Shown here in pieces: positions 13,502 to 27,168 of a stretch of DNA of 64,000 bases. A program made the translations under genes and the position numbers. Each line of letters opens with the position of its first letter. The first letter of the stretch is position 1. Below the pieces are notes generated by a model, which made no database searches, was not told where the DNA came from, and saw only the letters and a list, made by a program, of their open reading frames with translations. Origin of the DNA: Eledone cirrhosa (taxonomy: Eukaryota); NCBI GenBank assembly GCA_964016885.1, contig OZ024740.1, forward strand, positions 312,542,001-312,606,000, read 5' to 3'.

Positions 13502-15576
13502 AAGAAAAATTAGCACATTGGATAATGTAGTCAGATATATAAAAATATCAGGATGGGCATGGCTGGAATGTCTTTCATTATAGATTTGTTCAATTTGGCT
13601 TGAATACTGGTTAAACAGTCATTAAATTCCCATTTAATATTTATTTAAAGTGGTGATATAGGTGTAAATGTGATTGGTGTCAGGAAGGGCATCTAGCTGT
13701 AGAAACCAAGCCCAAACCAGTCTTGTATGAGCAAGTCATGGTCATCAGACCTGACTTGTCTCACAACGGGGCAACTCATCTAACCCACCCATGCTAGCAT
13801 GGAAAATGGACATTAAACGATGATGATGATTTAAATGATGTATTTTGTTTGGTGTTATCTAGTCTTAGATCAGCCATGACTAAGCAAACCTGTAAAGGTG
13901 TTTTCACCCAGGCATGGTGTATCTATGATTACATTATCTTGTGACCTTTCTGTTTTTAACATGATAAAGCATGATCTTTGAAAGATTTGTCTGCTATTTC
14001 TAGCAGGTCTTGTAGCCATGTAAGCAGCTAGTCTTTTAGATTTCATACCTTTCTGAAGAATTTATGATGTTGTTTTGGCTGGCTTTTATGTCGGAGTTAA
14101 CCCTGTGATCTTGGTTTTCATTTCAAATTATAATGGCTTCACTTTCATTGGTCCACTTTGCTGGTATGAACATTCCAAAATTACAATTCTTCCTATTACA
14201 ATAAGCTTATAACATCTTTGCCAGGACTCCCATCACTATTGTTTGTGTATCACTCTAATTCAGTTTACATTTAACATATGTGCAATCGCTCATATGCACA
14301 CACACATGCACACACGCACACACACCAATATATTTACCTTGAATACAACTGCATTACTTTTTTCTTAAGTAGTTGAGTATGTGAGAGTAAAATAGTTGGC
14401 ATTGAATATCACAATTTAGCAGCACTTAACATCATAGAGCAAGCTCTTTGACTTATACAAACATTGAAAGTCTATATGCTTTCATGATTGCAAATATATG
14501 TGGTGAATGAAAGTTGTGACCTGATTGCAATTTCTAGTTAGAACTGTAATATAGTTAACAGCACTAATGCTCTTCATTCAGGCACAAATGTCATAACTTC
14601 AAATTTCCTCTCCTTCTCATACTTAAAAGCAAAATTCCCCGTCACTGTTCAGTCACTTATACTAATAGTATTTTGAGAAAGGCATGAATGTCACTACACC
14701 CCCACCCCCTCCCTATCTTCTCCACATCTGATTGTAAGGTTTTTAAAGCAGGAAGTAAACACTTGACAAGCTGAAACCTTGATGCAATTTTTACCACGTT
14801 CACATTGCTAATGATTTTGGGAAAGGTATGAACATCACAACATCCCATCTACCCTCTTTTAGTGATCTGAGGTAGGCCATTCTGTAGGCCATTCACCCTC
14901 CCATTCTTCCGTGACGCTAGAGCCCTTGCCCTTCCCTTCATTTTCCGTTTTTAAATATCTGTAGTGTCGTTATTTGAAATAGATTTGTTTGTATTAGTTA
15001 TAACTTTTTAACATTTTAAGTTCAAATGTCACTGCAGTTGACTTTGTCTATCATCCTGCTGGGTTGATAAAGTAACAGTTATGTAATGGTGTCAATTCAA
15101 TCAACTATACAGATTTCTAGTAAATTTATAGCCTTGTGTTAATTAAAGAATTATTTGTTGTTGGGTGCTACAGAACAAAAGTTCACTTTTTGTTAAGCTG
15201 AGGTCTCACATTAGTTTCAATTCCTACTTGAATGTAATACCTTCTATGAGAGCTGTGATGATATTGTCTGTGTCCATGTGAAAAACAGAAATATTACATT
15301 TGTTTTTCATTTATAGAACTTACTCTTATAAAGTAAGCAGGATTAGAAATTTGGTTTCATATAACTTCAGTTAAACTTCTTTGGAAAGGCATCAATGACA
15401 TACATTCCTGATTCCTTTCCCCTAAACTTAAGATTATTTATAGGAATCTACTGTATACAAGCCAAGAAATGTGACAAAAAAATTGATAGTAAAATAGGGC
15501 TCAACTTATATTTGAGGTTAATATTTTGTCAATTTTCACCAATTCAAATTCTACAGAAATGAGGTGCTAAAATATT

Positions 15577-15701
15577 CTCACTTTGGAGGTGAATATTACA
15601 ATGATTTCACTTTCGAGGGGAATAATACAACGATTTCACTTTGGAGGTGAATTTTACACTGGTTTCACTTTGTAGGTGAATATTACACCAGTTTCACTTT
15701 T
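15577..15701. repeat. 29-bp minisatellite, about 4.5 diverged units
   Basis: TTTCACTTTGGAGGTGAATATTACA-like unit recurring every 29 bp. Confidence 0.75.
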
Positions 15702-16787
15702 GACGTTAAATTTGTATTTCCTATTGTTTTTAATGTTTTGAATGAATATGGCCTTCAAAACAGTCAGAAATTGGTAAAAAAATCTTTACACAATGGAGTT
15801 GTGAAACAAAAACTATAGTCTAAATGACACTTAAAACATTTTATATATTAAAACTTCATAAATATATTCTTCCACTCATGAGAATGTCAAAATTACACCA
15901 TCTAATCATAATGTGTTGATTACCTGCCTCATATACAGGGTTTGGATTTTTGCCAATTTCTCAGACATAAAATAGGGTGTCAGATTATATTCAAGTATTT
16001 ACATTGTATTATATTGATGGTATTCCCTCTTCAACCTGACAAGCGGTGAAGCCTGGGTTATTCATCAGATACACTAGGTTGCTGCTGAAGAAGGTGTCGT
16101 AGCATCTAGCATCCTAGATGAGGGTCTTACCACATTGTTATATTGTCTAGCCCTTTGTTGTCTCCTCACTCCAGGCCTACTTGATTTAGCTGGGAAGGGA
16201 AGTCTGCGGCATTCAAGACATACTTTATGATTTTGTTGAGAACAGTATGATAGTGGGTGAAGATTGAAAGAGTTCACAGTGGAACCTGTTACAGTGGAAA
16301 CTTCCAGTGTTCTTAACCCCTAGACCACATCCCAACTCAATACTGTTAGGGCAGAGTTGGCTACACACAGGAGTGAACTCAACAAGTTGGAATGGCTATT
16401 CCAATGTGTCTCCTCCGTTTTCCTCCAAGGCATTGTTTTCTCCATTCTGTCTGCTGGGACCACAAGGTGATCTGCACATGGGTTCCCGCACTCAGTGCGG
16501 GCCCACATCACTGGAGTAACAATGCTGAGTTCTATTTTCTCATTAATAAGCTGGTGTTTGGAACATAACTTAACAAAGGTTCTAACATGGTACTGGATTT
16601 TTTCTGGATTCGTAGTCACACAAATGTTTACAAAATCATTCTAACATTTTTATTGAGAATTCATGATAAACAATTAGAAGTAAGACAAAAAAAAATGAGT
16701 GATGGATGTTTTAAAATGGTTTCATTACACACATATACACAAACACACACACACATATACACACACGTGTGTATGTGTGTTATCATA

Positions 16788-17110
16788 GGCCATGAATGAC
16801 CATGGTTTTTGCACCTATAAAGTTCCCCTCCAAGGCACAAGCCTGGGCAAGGTGTATTTGTGAAAGACCAGCAGTCACCTATGCATACCAGTCTCCCCTC
16901 TCCTTGCCACGACCTTGTCCAAGGGAAAAGCAAAAGCCAGTACAGCTTGGTACCAGTGACGTTTCAACTCATTTCTACAGCTGAATGAACTGGAGCAACG
17001 TGAAATAAATTGTTTGGCTGAAGAACACACAATGCACCACTCGGTCCGGAATTCGAACTCACAGCCTTGCGAGTGTGAACTCGATGCTCTAACCATTAAG
17101 TCATGCGCCT
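16788..17110 (-). mobile_element. tRNA-derived SINE with the same head/core as the 13011 family but a different body
   Basis: Minus strand: GGCGCATGACTTAATGGTTAGAGCA...GAGTTCGAATTCC...GCTCCAGTTCATTCAGCTGTAGAAATGAG, then an unrelated 3' part. Confidence 0.7.
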
Positions 17111-17469
17111 GTGTTATACATTATATATATCTTTATAATAAAACACGGCTGTCAGTGGCAACCACCTTGTGCTTGATTTGTTTGGGAAATGGTAATTTGA
17201 TATCTTCCTCTCTACCCCACTTGACAAGATGGTCAGCAGTAGGAACAGCAGCTATTTCTCTACCTATTAGTCTGTCTCTCTACCTATATCTCTCGGTCTG
17301 TCTCTCTACTGTCTCTCTACCTATAACTCTCGGTCTGTCTCTCTACCTACTCACTTACCTCTCTCTCTCTGTCTGGCTGTCAACTTATAATTTATCTACT
17401 TTTTTTTTTTAACGAGAAATTGAACAATTTATTTATGATAAAAACTGTATAAACATGATATTATTTACA

Positions 17470-17826
17470 GTAACAATAATAATAATAATAGCAATAATAA
17501 AAAAAAGGGAAACAAAAGGAAAAAAAATAGGGAAATATAGAGAAAAAGAGAAAAAAAGAAGAAAAAGAACTGGAAGGGCAGGGGTGGCAAGAGCTCTGGT
17601 GTTGCAGAAGAGCGGGAAGGGTGATTGGGCCTAAGGCAAGAGGGCAGAAGTACTGCGCCCCACAGACAAGACGGCAAAAGCATTCCCATGCATGGCCAGT
17701 GACACCCACTGCAACAGCCACCCAATCTCGCGGAGCTCCCTCCTCAGACAGGCCGCCGACTCTCCGATCTTGCGGAGGAGCTCGGCAGTATGGGGTCCAA
17801 GTACGCCTGAGGTCTCAACGGTGAAT
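17470..17826 (-). mobile_element. 3' fragment of a CRE-like RLE non-LTR retrotransposon with a T-rich 3' region
   Basis: TVETSGVLGPHTAELLRKIGESAACLRRELREIGWLLQWVSLAMHGNAFAVLS (ORF 17631-17876). Confidence 0.7.
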
Positions 17827-19215
17827 GTATATTTACCAATATATATTTTTGGAGAACAACAAAGCACAAATCCCAATAGCAGTCTGAATAGATAGATAGA
17901 TACGTAAATAGATTGATAGCTAGAGAGATTGAGGAGAACAAATGTTTATATGGAAGAAAATGATTGTAATTGATTTAAATGAATGTAAAAGGAAATATGA
18001 TAAGTGGAGTGAGAAGAGGAAGAAGGTTAAGGAAAATCATGGATTTAAGTATTTTTACATAAAAATGTTGTAATCCAGGAATTATTAAATCAAATACTTT
18101 TTTACTATAAACTCTATCATTTTTTGTGGATACTATGATAGTATATGTATGTGTATATATAATATGGTGATCCTGTGAGAAACTCCTGAGTAACGAGACT
18201 CATTACTTAACGATAATTTTTATTAAAAATCTTTCATATTTCCTTATTAGTAATTTAAACTTAGTTTGGAATACTAACATTCCTAAATCCACATTTTGAA
18301 ACCCTTCTTGACTCTACCACCATCATCATCATCACATATATATATATTCTTTTACTTAATTCATTGAGAATATTTTTGGCATTCCAAAAGAACTGGATAG
18401 ACATTATAAATATTATATTCATGGATATTACTTCTACTTCCTTCTCTCTTCTTTTAATATCTCCTCCTTACACTTGCCAACTGTCTGAGGAAATGGTAAA
18501 GTTTGGTCTATGGGTCCCTGTTTACTTTGCTATCATATTTCTCGCGGCTCTGTATTGTGTATTTGGTGGAGTGGACCTGAGACTGCTAATGGGACTATTG
18601 ATGTTGTCAAGAGCTCTTGAAACGGTTGTGGTAGTTGGTGCTGATGTGGGAGAGATTGAACAATTGAAAACTTCTCATTATTGTGCATTCTATTTTCTCT
18701 AACAAACTGTCCATATAATTAATGATTTAATTAGAAGTATATAAACTACTTTAATTAACCATTCAGCATATTTTAAAACCACTGTGCCTTTATATCTATC
18801 AACATTAATTATTTATTTTTGACAATAAATTCATAAAGTGGATGAGATTATAATTTTCCAAACAATTAACCTCATTTTGGGGTTGGTTCTGTTGGACTGG
18901 AGAGTTAGGTTAGTATAAAACTGGCCATTCAGAACTCAATTCAAAGTCACGGAAAGCTTGGTTACCATATAAATTAGAAAATGATCATAGTGGCAAGTAA
19001 TTTATAAATGTAAGCAAGTGAAGATTGAGACAAATATTCTCAGATTTTATGTTATGTATGTTCATACGACTTGTATATTTATATAGTAATACAAACAGGC
19101 ATATTTAGTCACTTGGTCAGTGACACACAAGCATATATAGATTCTTGGTCAGTGATGTTTTCTAAATTTGAAATTCAAGTTTCAAACATTCATAGGAATT
19201 CATTAAGTTGGGTGT

Positions 19216-20832
19216 GTGAGTTCTCTAACTGTAAATTATCTGTAAAGTACTAACATATTCTTCTGTATATTGCATGCATTTGTGTATAATGCATGTGAGT
19301 TCTCTAACTGTAAATTATCTGTAAAGTACTAACATATTCTTCTGTATATTGCATGCATTTGTGTATAATGCATGTGAGTTCTTTAACTGTAAATTATCAG
19401 TAAAGTACTAGCATATTTCTCTGTATAATGCATGTGAGTTCTCTAACTGTAAATTATCTGTAAAGTACTAACATATTCTTCTGTATATTGCATGCATTTG
19501 TGTATAATGCATGTGAGTTCTCTAACTGTAAATTATCTGTAAAGTACTAACATATTTCTCTGTATATTGCATGCATTTGTGTATAATGCATGTGAGTTCT
19601 CTAACTGTAAATTATCTGTAAAGTACTAACATATTCTTCTGAATATTGCTTGCATTTGTGTATAATGCATGTGAGTTCTCTAACTGTAAATTATCTGTAA
19701 AGTACTAACATATTCTTCTGAATATTGCATGCATTTGTGTATAATGCATGTGAGTTCTCTAACTGTAAATTATCTGTAAAGTACTAACATATTCTTCTGT
19801 ATATTGCATGCATTTGTGTATAATGCATGTGAGTTCTCTAACTGTAAATTATCTGTAAAGTACTAACATATTCTTCTGAATATTGCATGCATTTGTGTAT
19901 AATGCATGTGAGTTCTCTAACTGTAAATTATCTGTAAAGTACTAACATATTCTTCTGAATATTGCATGCATTTGTGTATAATGCATGTGAGTTCTCTAAC
20001 TGTAAATTATCTGTAAAGTACTAACATATTCTTCTGTATATTGCATGCATTTGTGTATAATGCATGTGAGTTCTCTAACTGTAAATTATCTGAAAAGTAC
20101 TAACATATTCTTCTGTATATTGCATGCATTTGTGTATAATGCATGTGAGTTCTCTAACTGTAAATTATCTGTAAAGTACTAACATATTCTTCTGTATATT
20201 GCATGCATTTGTGTATAATGCATGTGAGTTCTTTAACTGTAAATTATCAGTAAAGTACTAGCATATTTCTCTGTATAATGCATGTGAGTTCTCTAACTGT
20301 AAATTATCTGTAAAGTACTAACATATTCTTCTGTATATTGCATGCATTTGTGTATAATGCATGTGAGTTCTCTAACTGTAAATTATCTGTAAAGTACTAA
20401 CATATTTCTCTGTATATTGCATGCATTTGTGTATAATGCATGTGAGTTCTCTAACTGTAAATTATCTGTAAAGTACTAACATATTCTTCTGTATATTGCA
20501 TGCATTTGTGTATAATGCATGTGAGTTCTCTAACTGTAAATTATCTGTAAAGTACTAACATATTCTTCTGAATATTGCATGCATTTGTGTATAATGCATG
20601 TGAGTTCTCTAACTGTAAATTATCTGTAAAGTACTAACATATTCTTCTGTATATTGCATGCATTTGTGTATAATGCATGTGAGTTCTCTAACTGTAAATT
20701 ATCTGAAAAGTACTAGCATATTCTTCTGTGTATTGCATGCATTTGTGTATAATGCATGTGAGTTCTCTAACTGTAAATTATCTGAAAAGTACTAGCATAT
20801 TCTTCTGTGTATTGCATGCATTTGTGTATAAC
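19216..20832. repeat. 79-bp minisatellite, about 21 units, two of them 60-bp deletion variants
   Basis: Unit GTGAGTTCTCTAACTGTAAATTATCTGTAAAGTACTAACATATTCTTCTGTATATTGCATGCATTTGTGTATAATGCAT; no unique spacers. Confidence 0.97.
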
Positions 20833-21699
20833 ATGCACTCCTTTTTGACTAGAAAAATGCCTGGAAAAACTTTAGTTTGGTGTATAACATGGAGGAGAAG
20901 CCAGGAAAATCTGCCACTGGACATTCAAGCTAGAGAATATTGGTGAATGCAGAGATGTTTTACAATATATTATTTATCAATATAAAGATAATTAGCCATT
21001 TAATTAAATGTTTGACAGCTGTGACACGTGAACCTAACGGATTAGTGATTCATGTTCATACCTTGTATATAATGATCATTTTGATCACTTGGTAATTAAA
21101 GGTAATAATATTGTATAAGAAAAGGTACAATTGAAGTCAAAAGGTATTCGGTATTGGTTGATTCTCGATACAGTTTCCTCTCTTCTGCTGGCTGTTTTCT
21201 CGGGAGCAGGTCTGAAAAAAAACAAACAAGGAAAAAAATGAAAAAAACTGAAGACCAACATTATCTGATATAACCCATTTGCTTACAGTCCTCTTTGATT
21301 TGTCTCTACTACTAGTAATTCCAACAGTAACAAATGACACATTTGTATTTCTAAATGACAAATTTACTGTACATGAGAGTGAGTATCATTAGTAGCTGGG
21401 AAGTTAATACTGTGATAGACTGGTATCCTTTCCAGGGAGAGTCTTGTACTCTCAGTCGCTTAACAGCAAGGAAACCAAGGATAAGCACTGGCTTGATGAG
21501 CCTTTGGATTAGAATAGACTTTAAAATATCTGTCTATATTTGTATGTTCTATGTAAGTATATTGAATGAAAATAAAGAAAAAGAAAATATTGAGCCTGCT
21601 TCTGGTTTATATATTAACATGTGTACCCTTACTATAAAAAATGATGGTGTGTGGAATTGATATTTTCAGTCCTTGTTATAATTAGATTGTTTGCAAGGT

Positions 21700-22200
21700 G
21701 TCATCATCATCGTTTAATGTCTATCTTCTATGCTAGCATGAGTTAGATGGGTTTGTCCCATTAGAGGCAAGTTGTGTCGGATAACTGTGTCTCGCTCATA
21801 TAGGACTGTTTCTGGCTGGTTTTCTATGGCTGGATACCCTTCCTAACACCAACCACATTTACAGTATGTGCTGGGTGCTTTTTGCTGTGTCTCCTACACG
21901 ACCACTTTATAGTTGGGCTGGATGCTTTGTGGTACCAACATAATATATATATATTTGAGCGTATATACATATATCATCATCACCACTGTTTTACATTTAT
22001 TCTTAGAGGAGTTGTCCTGTTGTAAGCAATGCTAGGTCATGTGACCATGTATTGCTCATACAGAACTGTTTCTGACTAGGTCTCTACAGCTGGATTCCCT
22101 TCCTAATGCCAACTCCATTTACAATGAGTACTGGGTGCCTTTTGTCATGATGCCTACACAAACACTTTACAGTGTGGACTGGGTGCTTTTTGTCATGATA
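21700..22200 (-). mobile_element. Two degraded RTE 3' UTR/tail fragments
   Basis: (ATC)n followed by GCTAGCATG...GGATxCCCTTCCTAA motifs twice. Confidence 0.7.
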
Positions 22201-23203
22201 CATCCTTTATATATGTCTTATCTCAATGTAATAAAAATATATTTATGGTATCTATATATTATAAGATAATGAATCAAATTATCAATCCTTAATGATAATC
22301 ACTAATTTATTTACAACTCTTCAAAGTAATATGCTGTTGCTATAGGTTGTACTTAGCAACAATATTTAGGTATCCCAGATTTTATAATCTAAAAAAGAAA
22401 ATAATATAGTAGAATTCAGTTGATTATGAGTTTTGCACAAATATTAGTACAGCTATAGTTTTTTTACTGTGACCAACCTACTCCTTAAATCCTATCCCTA
22501 AAACTTAACACTAAATCCTATGCCTAAAACTTAACACTAAACCCTAACCAATAATATACAATTTATGATACATAAATTGTACTAAATGTTATTGAATATT
22601 ACTGTATACATATCAGTACCTGAACCAAAAAATAAAATGAATGAAACTATCTACTATTTGCATTGACAAATATGATTCAAACTGTAAAGTCCTGGGTTCT
22701 CCAATCTATTTTAATAATACACCAGTGTCTAGTGTATGTACTTAAATATAAGCAGAGGAATATGTGACCAAAAACTTGATGGTAGAGTGGGAAGTTGGCT
22801 TATATGCACCATTTAAACAATGTAATGATTAGTGCTGCCTTGGTTTATAAATGGGGTTTGGATTTTTGCCTATTTCTTGGACATAAAATGGGGTGGGGGG
22901 TCAGCTTATATTCAAGTATATACGGTATTTATTAATTTTTTGCCTATACTTTCTGATTAGGTTAAAAAATGTTCTGTAACTTTTAAAATGTTCTTACTCT
23001 GCTTTTCATTCCTATACATCTTGTATAATGATGTGCCAATGTGTATATTAATTTTCTGTCTGTAACTTTTGAATATAGGAAAATACTAGTGAGAGGTGGG
23101 TTGGGGTGAAAAGCAAGACATAGAGTGTGAAGAGAGAAAAAAAATGATATAGAGTGAAAGTTTTTTTCTATTTTTTCTTCATGAATTGAAAGAGAAAATA
23201 AAC

Positions 23204-23311
<108 letters not shown>

Positions 23312-23404
23312 TGAGTTTATCAGTTTTGTCAATTTCTTTTGATTTTAAATTTTTTTTTTTACAACCAAATATTTTTATTTGGTTAAATATACAGAAAAAG
23401 AGAG

Positions 23405-23583
23405 CAGCATTGGAAAGGACTATACATGTCATAAGTGACTACTAGGCAAAGGAAGAAAGAAAGGGGGAAGGGGAGACGGTGACAGACTTATACACCTAGG
23501 TCAGAGCAGTGTTTTGGCTGCATCCATGGACAATGGCCAGCGACATATGCTGCAGCAGCCATCCCACTTTGTGGGGCTCCTTC
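23405..23583 (-). mobile_element. CRE-like 3' fragment (third copy)
   Basis: Reverse complement matches 1076-1215 (GGAGCCC..AAGTGGG.TGGCTG...GTCGCTGGCCATTGTCCA...GACCTAGGTGTA). Confidence 0.65.
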
Positions 23584-23899
23584 CTCTATTTTTCTGTATG
23601 TTTAACCAAATAAAAATATTTGGTCGTGATTTTTAATTCTGTTTTCAAAGTCAGAATTTCTTCTTTTGTTCTTCCACTGATTTAGCTATAAGAACCAGGT
23701 TGTGAGCAAACAGAAGTTCTATGGACAGCCAATCTTAAACTCCTCTATTATGGAGAATTGTAATAAACAGGAGTGGACTGAGTACAACTCTGATGAACAC
23801 CTATCTAAACTTATTACCTACTCTCACTTTACTGACTGTTCTTTTACAAATGGCTTGCACTGCTCTCACAAGCGATTCTTCTACACCTAGTTACCTTAA

Positions 23900-24480
23900 G
23901 GACCACCAGATGACAGATTGTGGTACTCTGTCAAAGGCCTTCTCCTGATTAATAAAAGCTAGATATAGTGACTTACACTTGACTAGGAACTTCTTGTAGT
24001 TGTCTCACTAAGAAGAAGGCATCTGTGGTGCTCCTTCCTGGCAAAAACTAAACTACATCTCATCTAATTTAACTCTTTCCCTAATTAGCTGTGCTAAAGC
24101 TCTTTCATAACTTGGTTCATCAGTTTTATTCCTCCTTCCCCCGTAATAATGGATGAGAATACTGCTACACCAGTCATTGGTATGACCACCCACCCACCCA
24201 ACCCCACCCGCTATCATGTATTACCTGATTGATTATGTGGATGACTAATTCAAATCACACTTCTGAAGATTTCAGCATCTCAACAATCATATCTAACAGA
24301 TCAGCAGCTTTATCATTTTTCATCTCCTTGATTGTGTCTGTAGCCTTATAACTGTCAATTTAGATAGCCGGTCCTTCTGTTGGGCCAACTGAGGGTAGTC
24401 TCTCTTTCTCCTACCCAATGTTCACAGTCATCAACTTCTCATAATAGCATTTCTAGGCCTCTTTCTTTTGAATATCAGTG
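23900..24480 (-). mobile_element. Old RTE LINE RT fragment
   Basis: Reverse complement is homologous to about 25310-25890. Confidence 0.7.
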
Positions 24481-24737
24481 ATACTAAGTGTACCAAGTGA
24501 CACTTCAGATGCACTTGAAATAACTCAAAGACTATATTTGCATGTATGTGGTTGTTATTCAAGTAGAATCATGGTGTTGAAGTTTATTGCAGTTTTCATA
24601 GCATTTGTCTTTCATATCAAACACTTCTCTGCAGGATTTAAGTTGAGACTGCAGGCATTAAATGTATTGAGCTCACTCATCCCCAGTTTTTTTTCTTCTT
24701 TTTACCAGATTGTTTTTACCTTATATTTTGAAATATA

Positions 24738-24766
<29 letters not shown>

Positions 24767-24768
<2 letters not shown>

Positions 24769-25095
24769 CATCAATTTCATTTTACGTCCGCTTTTTCCCT
24801 GCTTGCAAGGGTGGGACGGGAACTGATGCTGGCTTGATTTCTACAGCTGGATGCCCTTCCTAACACCAACCTCATTTACAGTGAGTGCTGGGTGCTTTTT
24901 TGCCGTGACACCTCCACGACCACTTTGCAGTGAAATGATAGGGACCCCAGTCCCTATCATCTCATTTCTACAGCTGAGTAAACTGGAGCAATGTGAAATA
25001 AAGTGTCTTGCTCAAGGAAACAACACATCACCCGGTCTGAGAATTGAACTCACAACCTTTCGATTGCAAGGCCAATGCTCTAACCACTAAGCCAT
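24767..25095 (-). mobile_element. Full-length tRNA-derived SINE with RTE-type tail
   Basis: A box TGGCTTAGTGG, B box GAGTTCAATTC, core and tail; flanked on both sides by (TA)n. Confidence 0.9.
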
Positions 25096-25120
25096 ATATA
25101 TATATATATATATATATATA

Positions 25121-27168
<2,048 letters not shown>

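Noticed and set aside
18364-18702. 112-aa hydrophobic plus-strand ORF as an upstream exon or membrane protein
   Set aside because: Non-ATG start, no convincing splice sites, no recognisable motif.
19216-20832. CRISPR-like appearance of the regular repeats (also 54926 and 63723)
   Set aside because: Head-to-tail units with no unique spacers, no cas genes, and a eukaryotic context.
22486-22550. Telomere-like CCCTAA stretch
   Set aside because: Only one or two true units within a short degenerate 25-bp duplication.
25020-25095. tRNA gene (also about 17040-17110, 53940-54010 and 29940)
   Set aside because: A/B boxes are present, but each continues into a multicopy SINE body and tail; no full cloverleaf could be supported.
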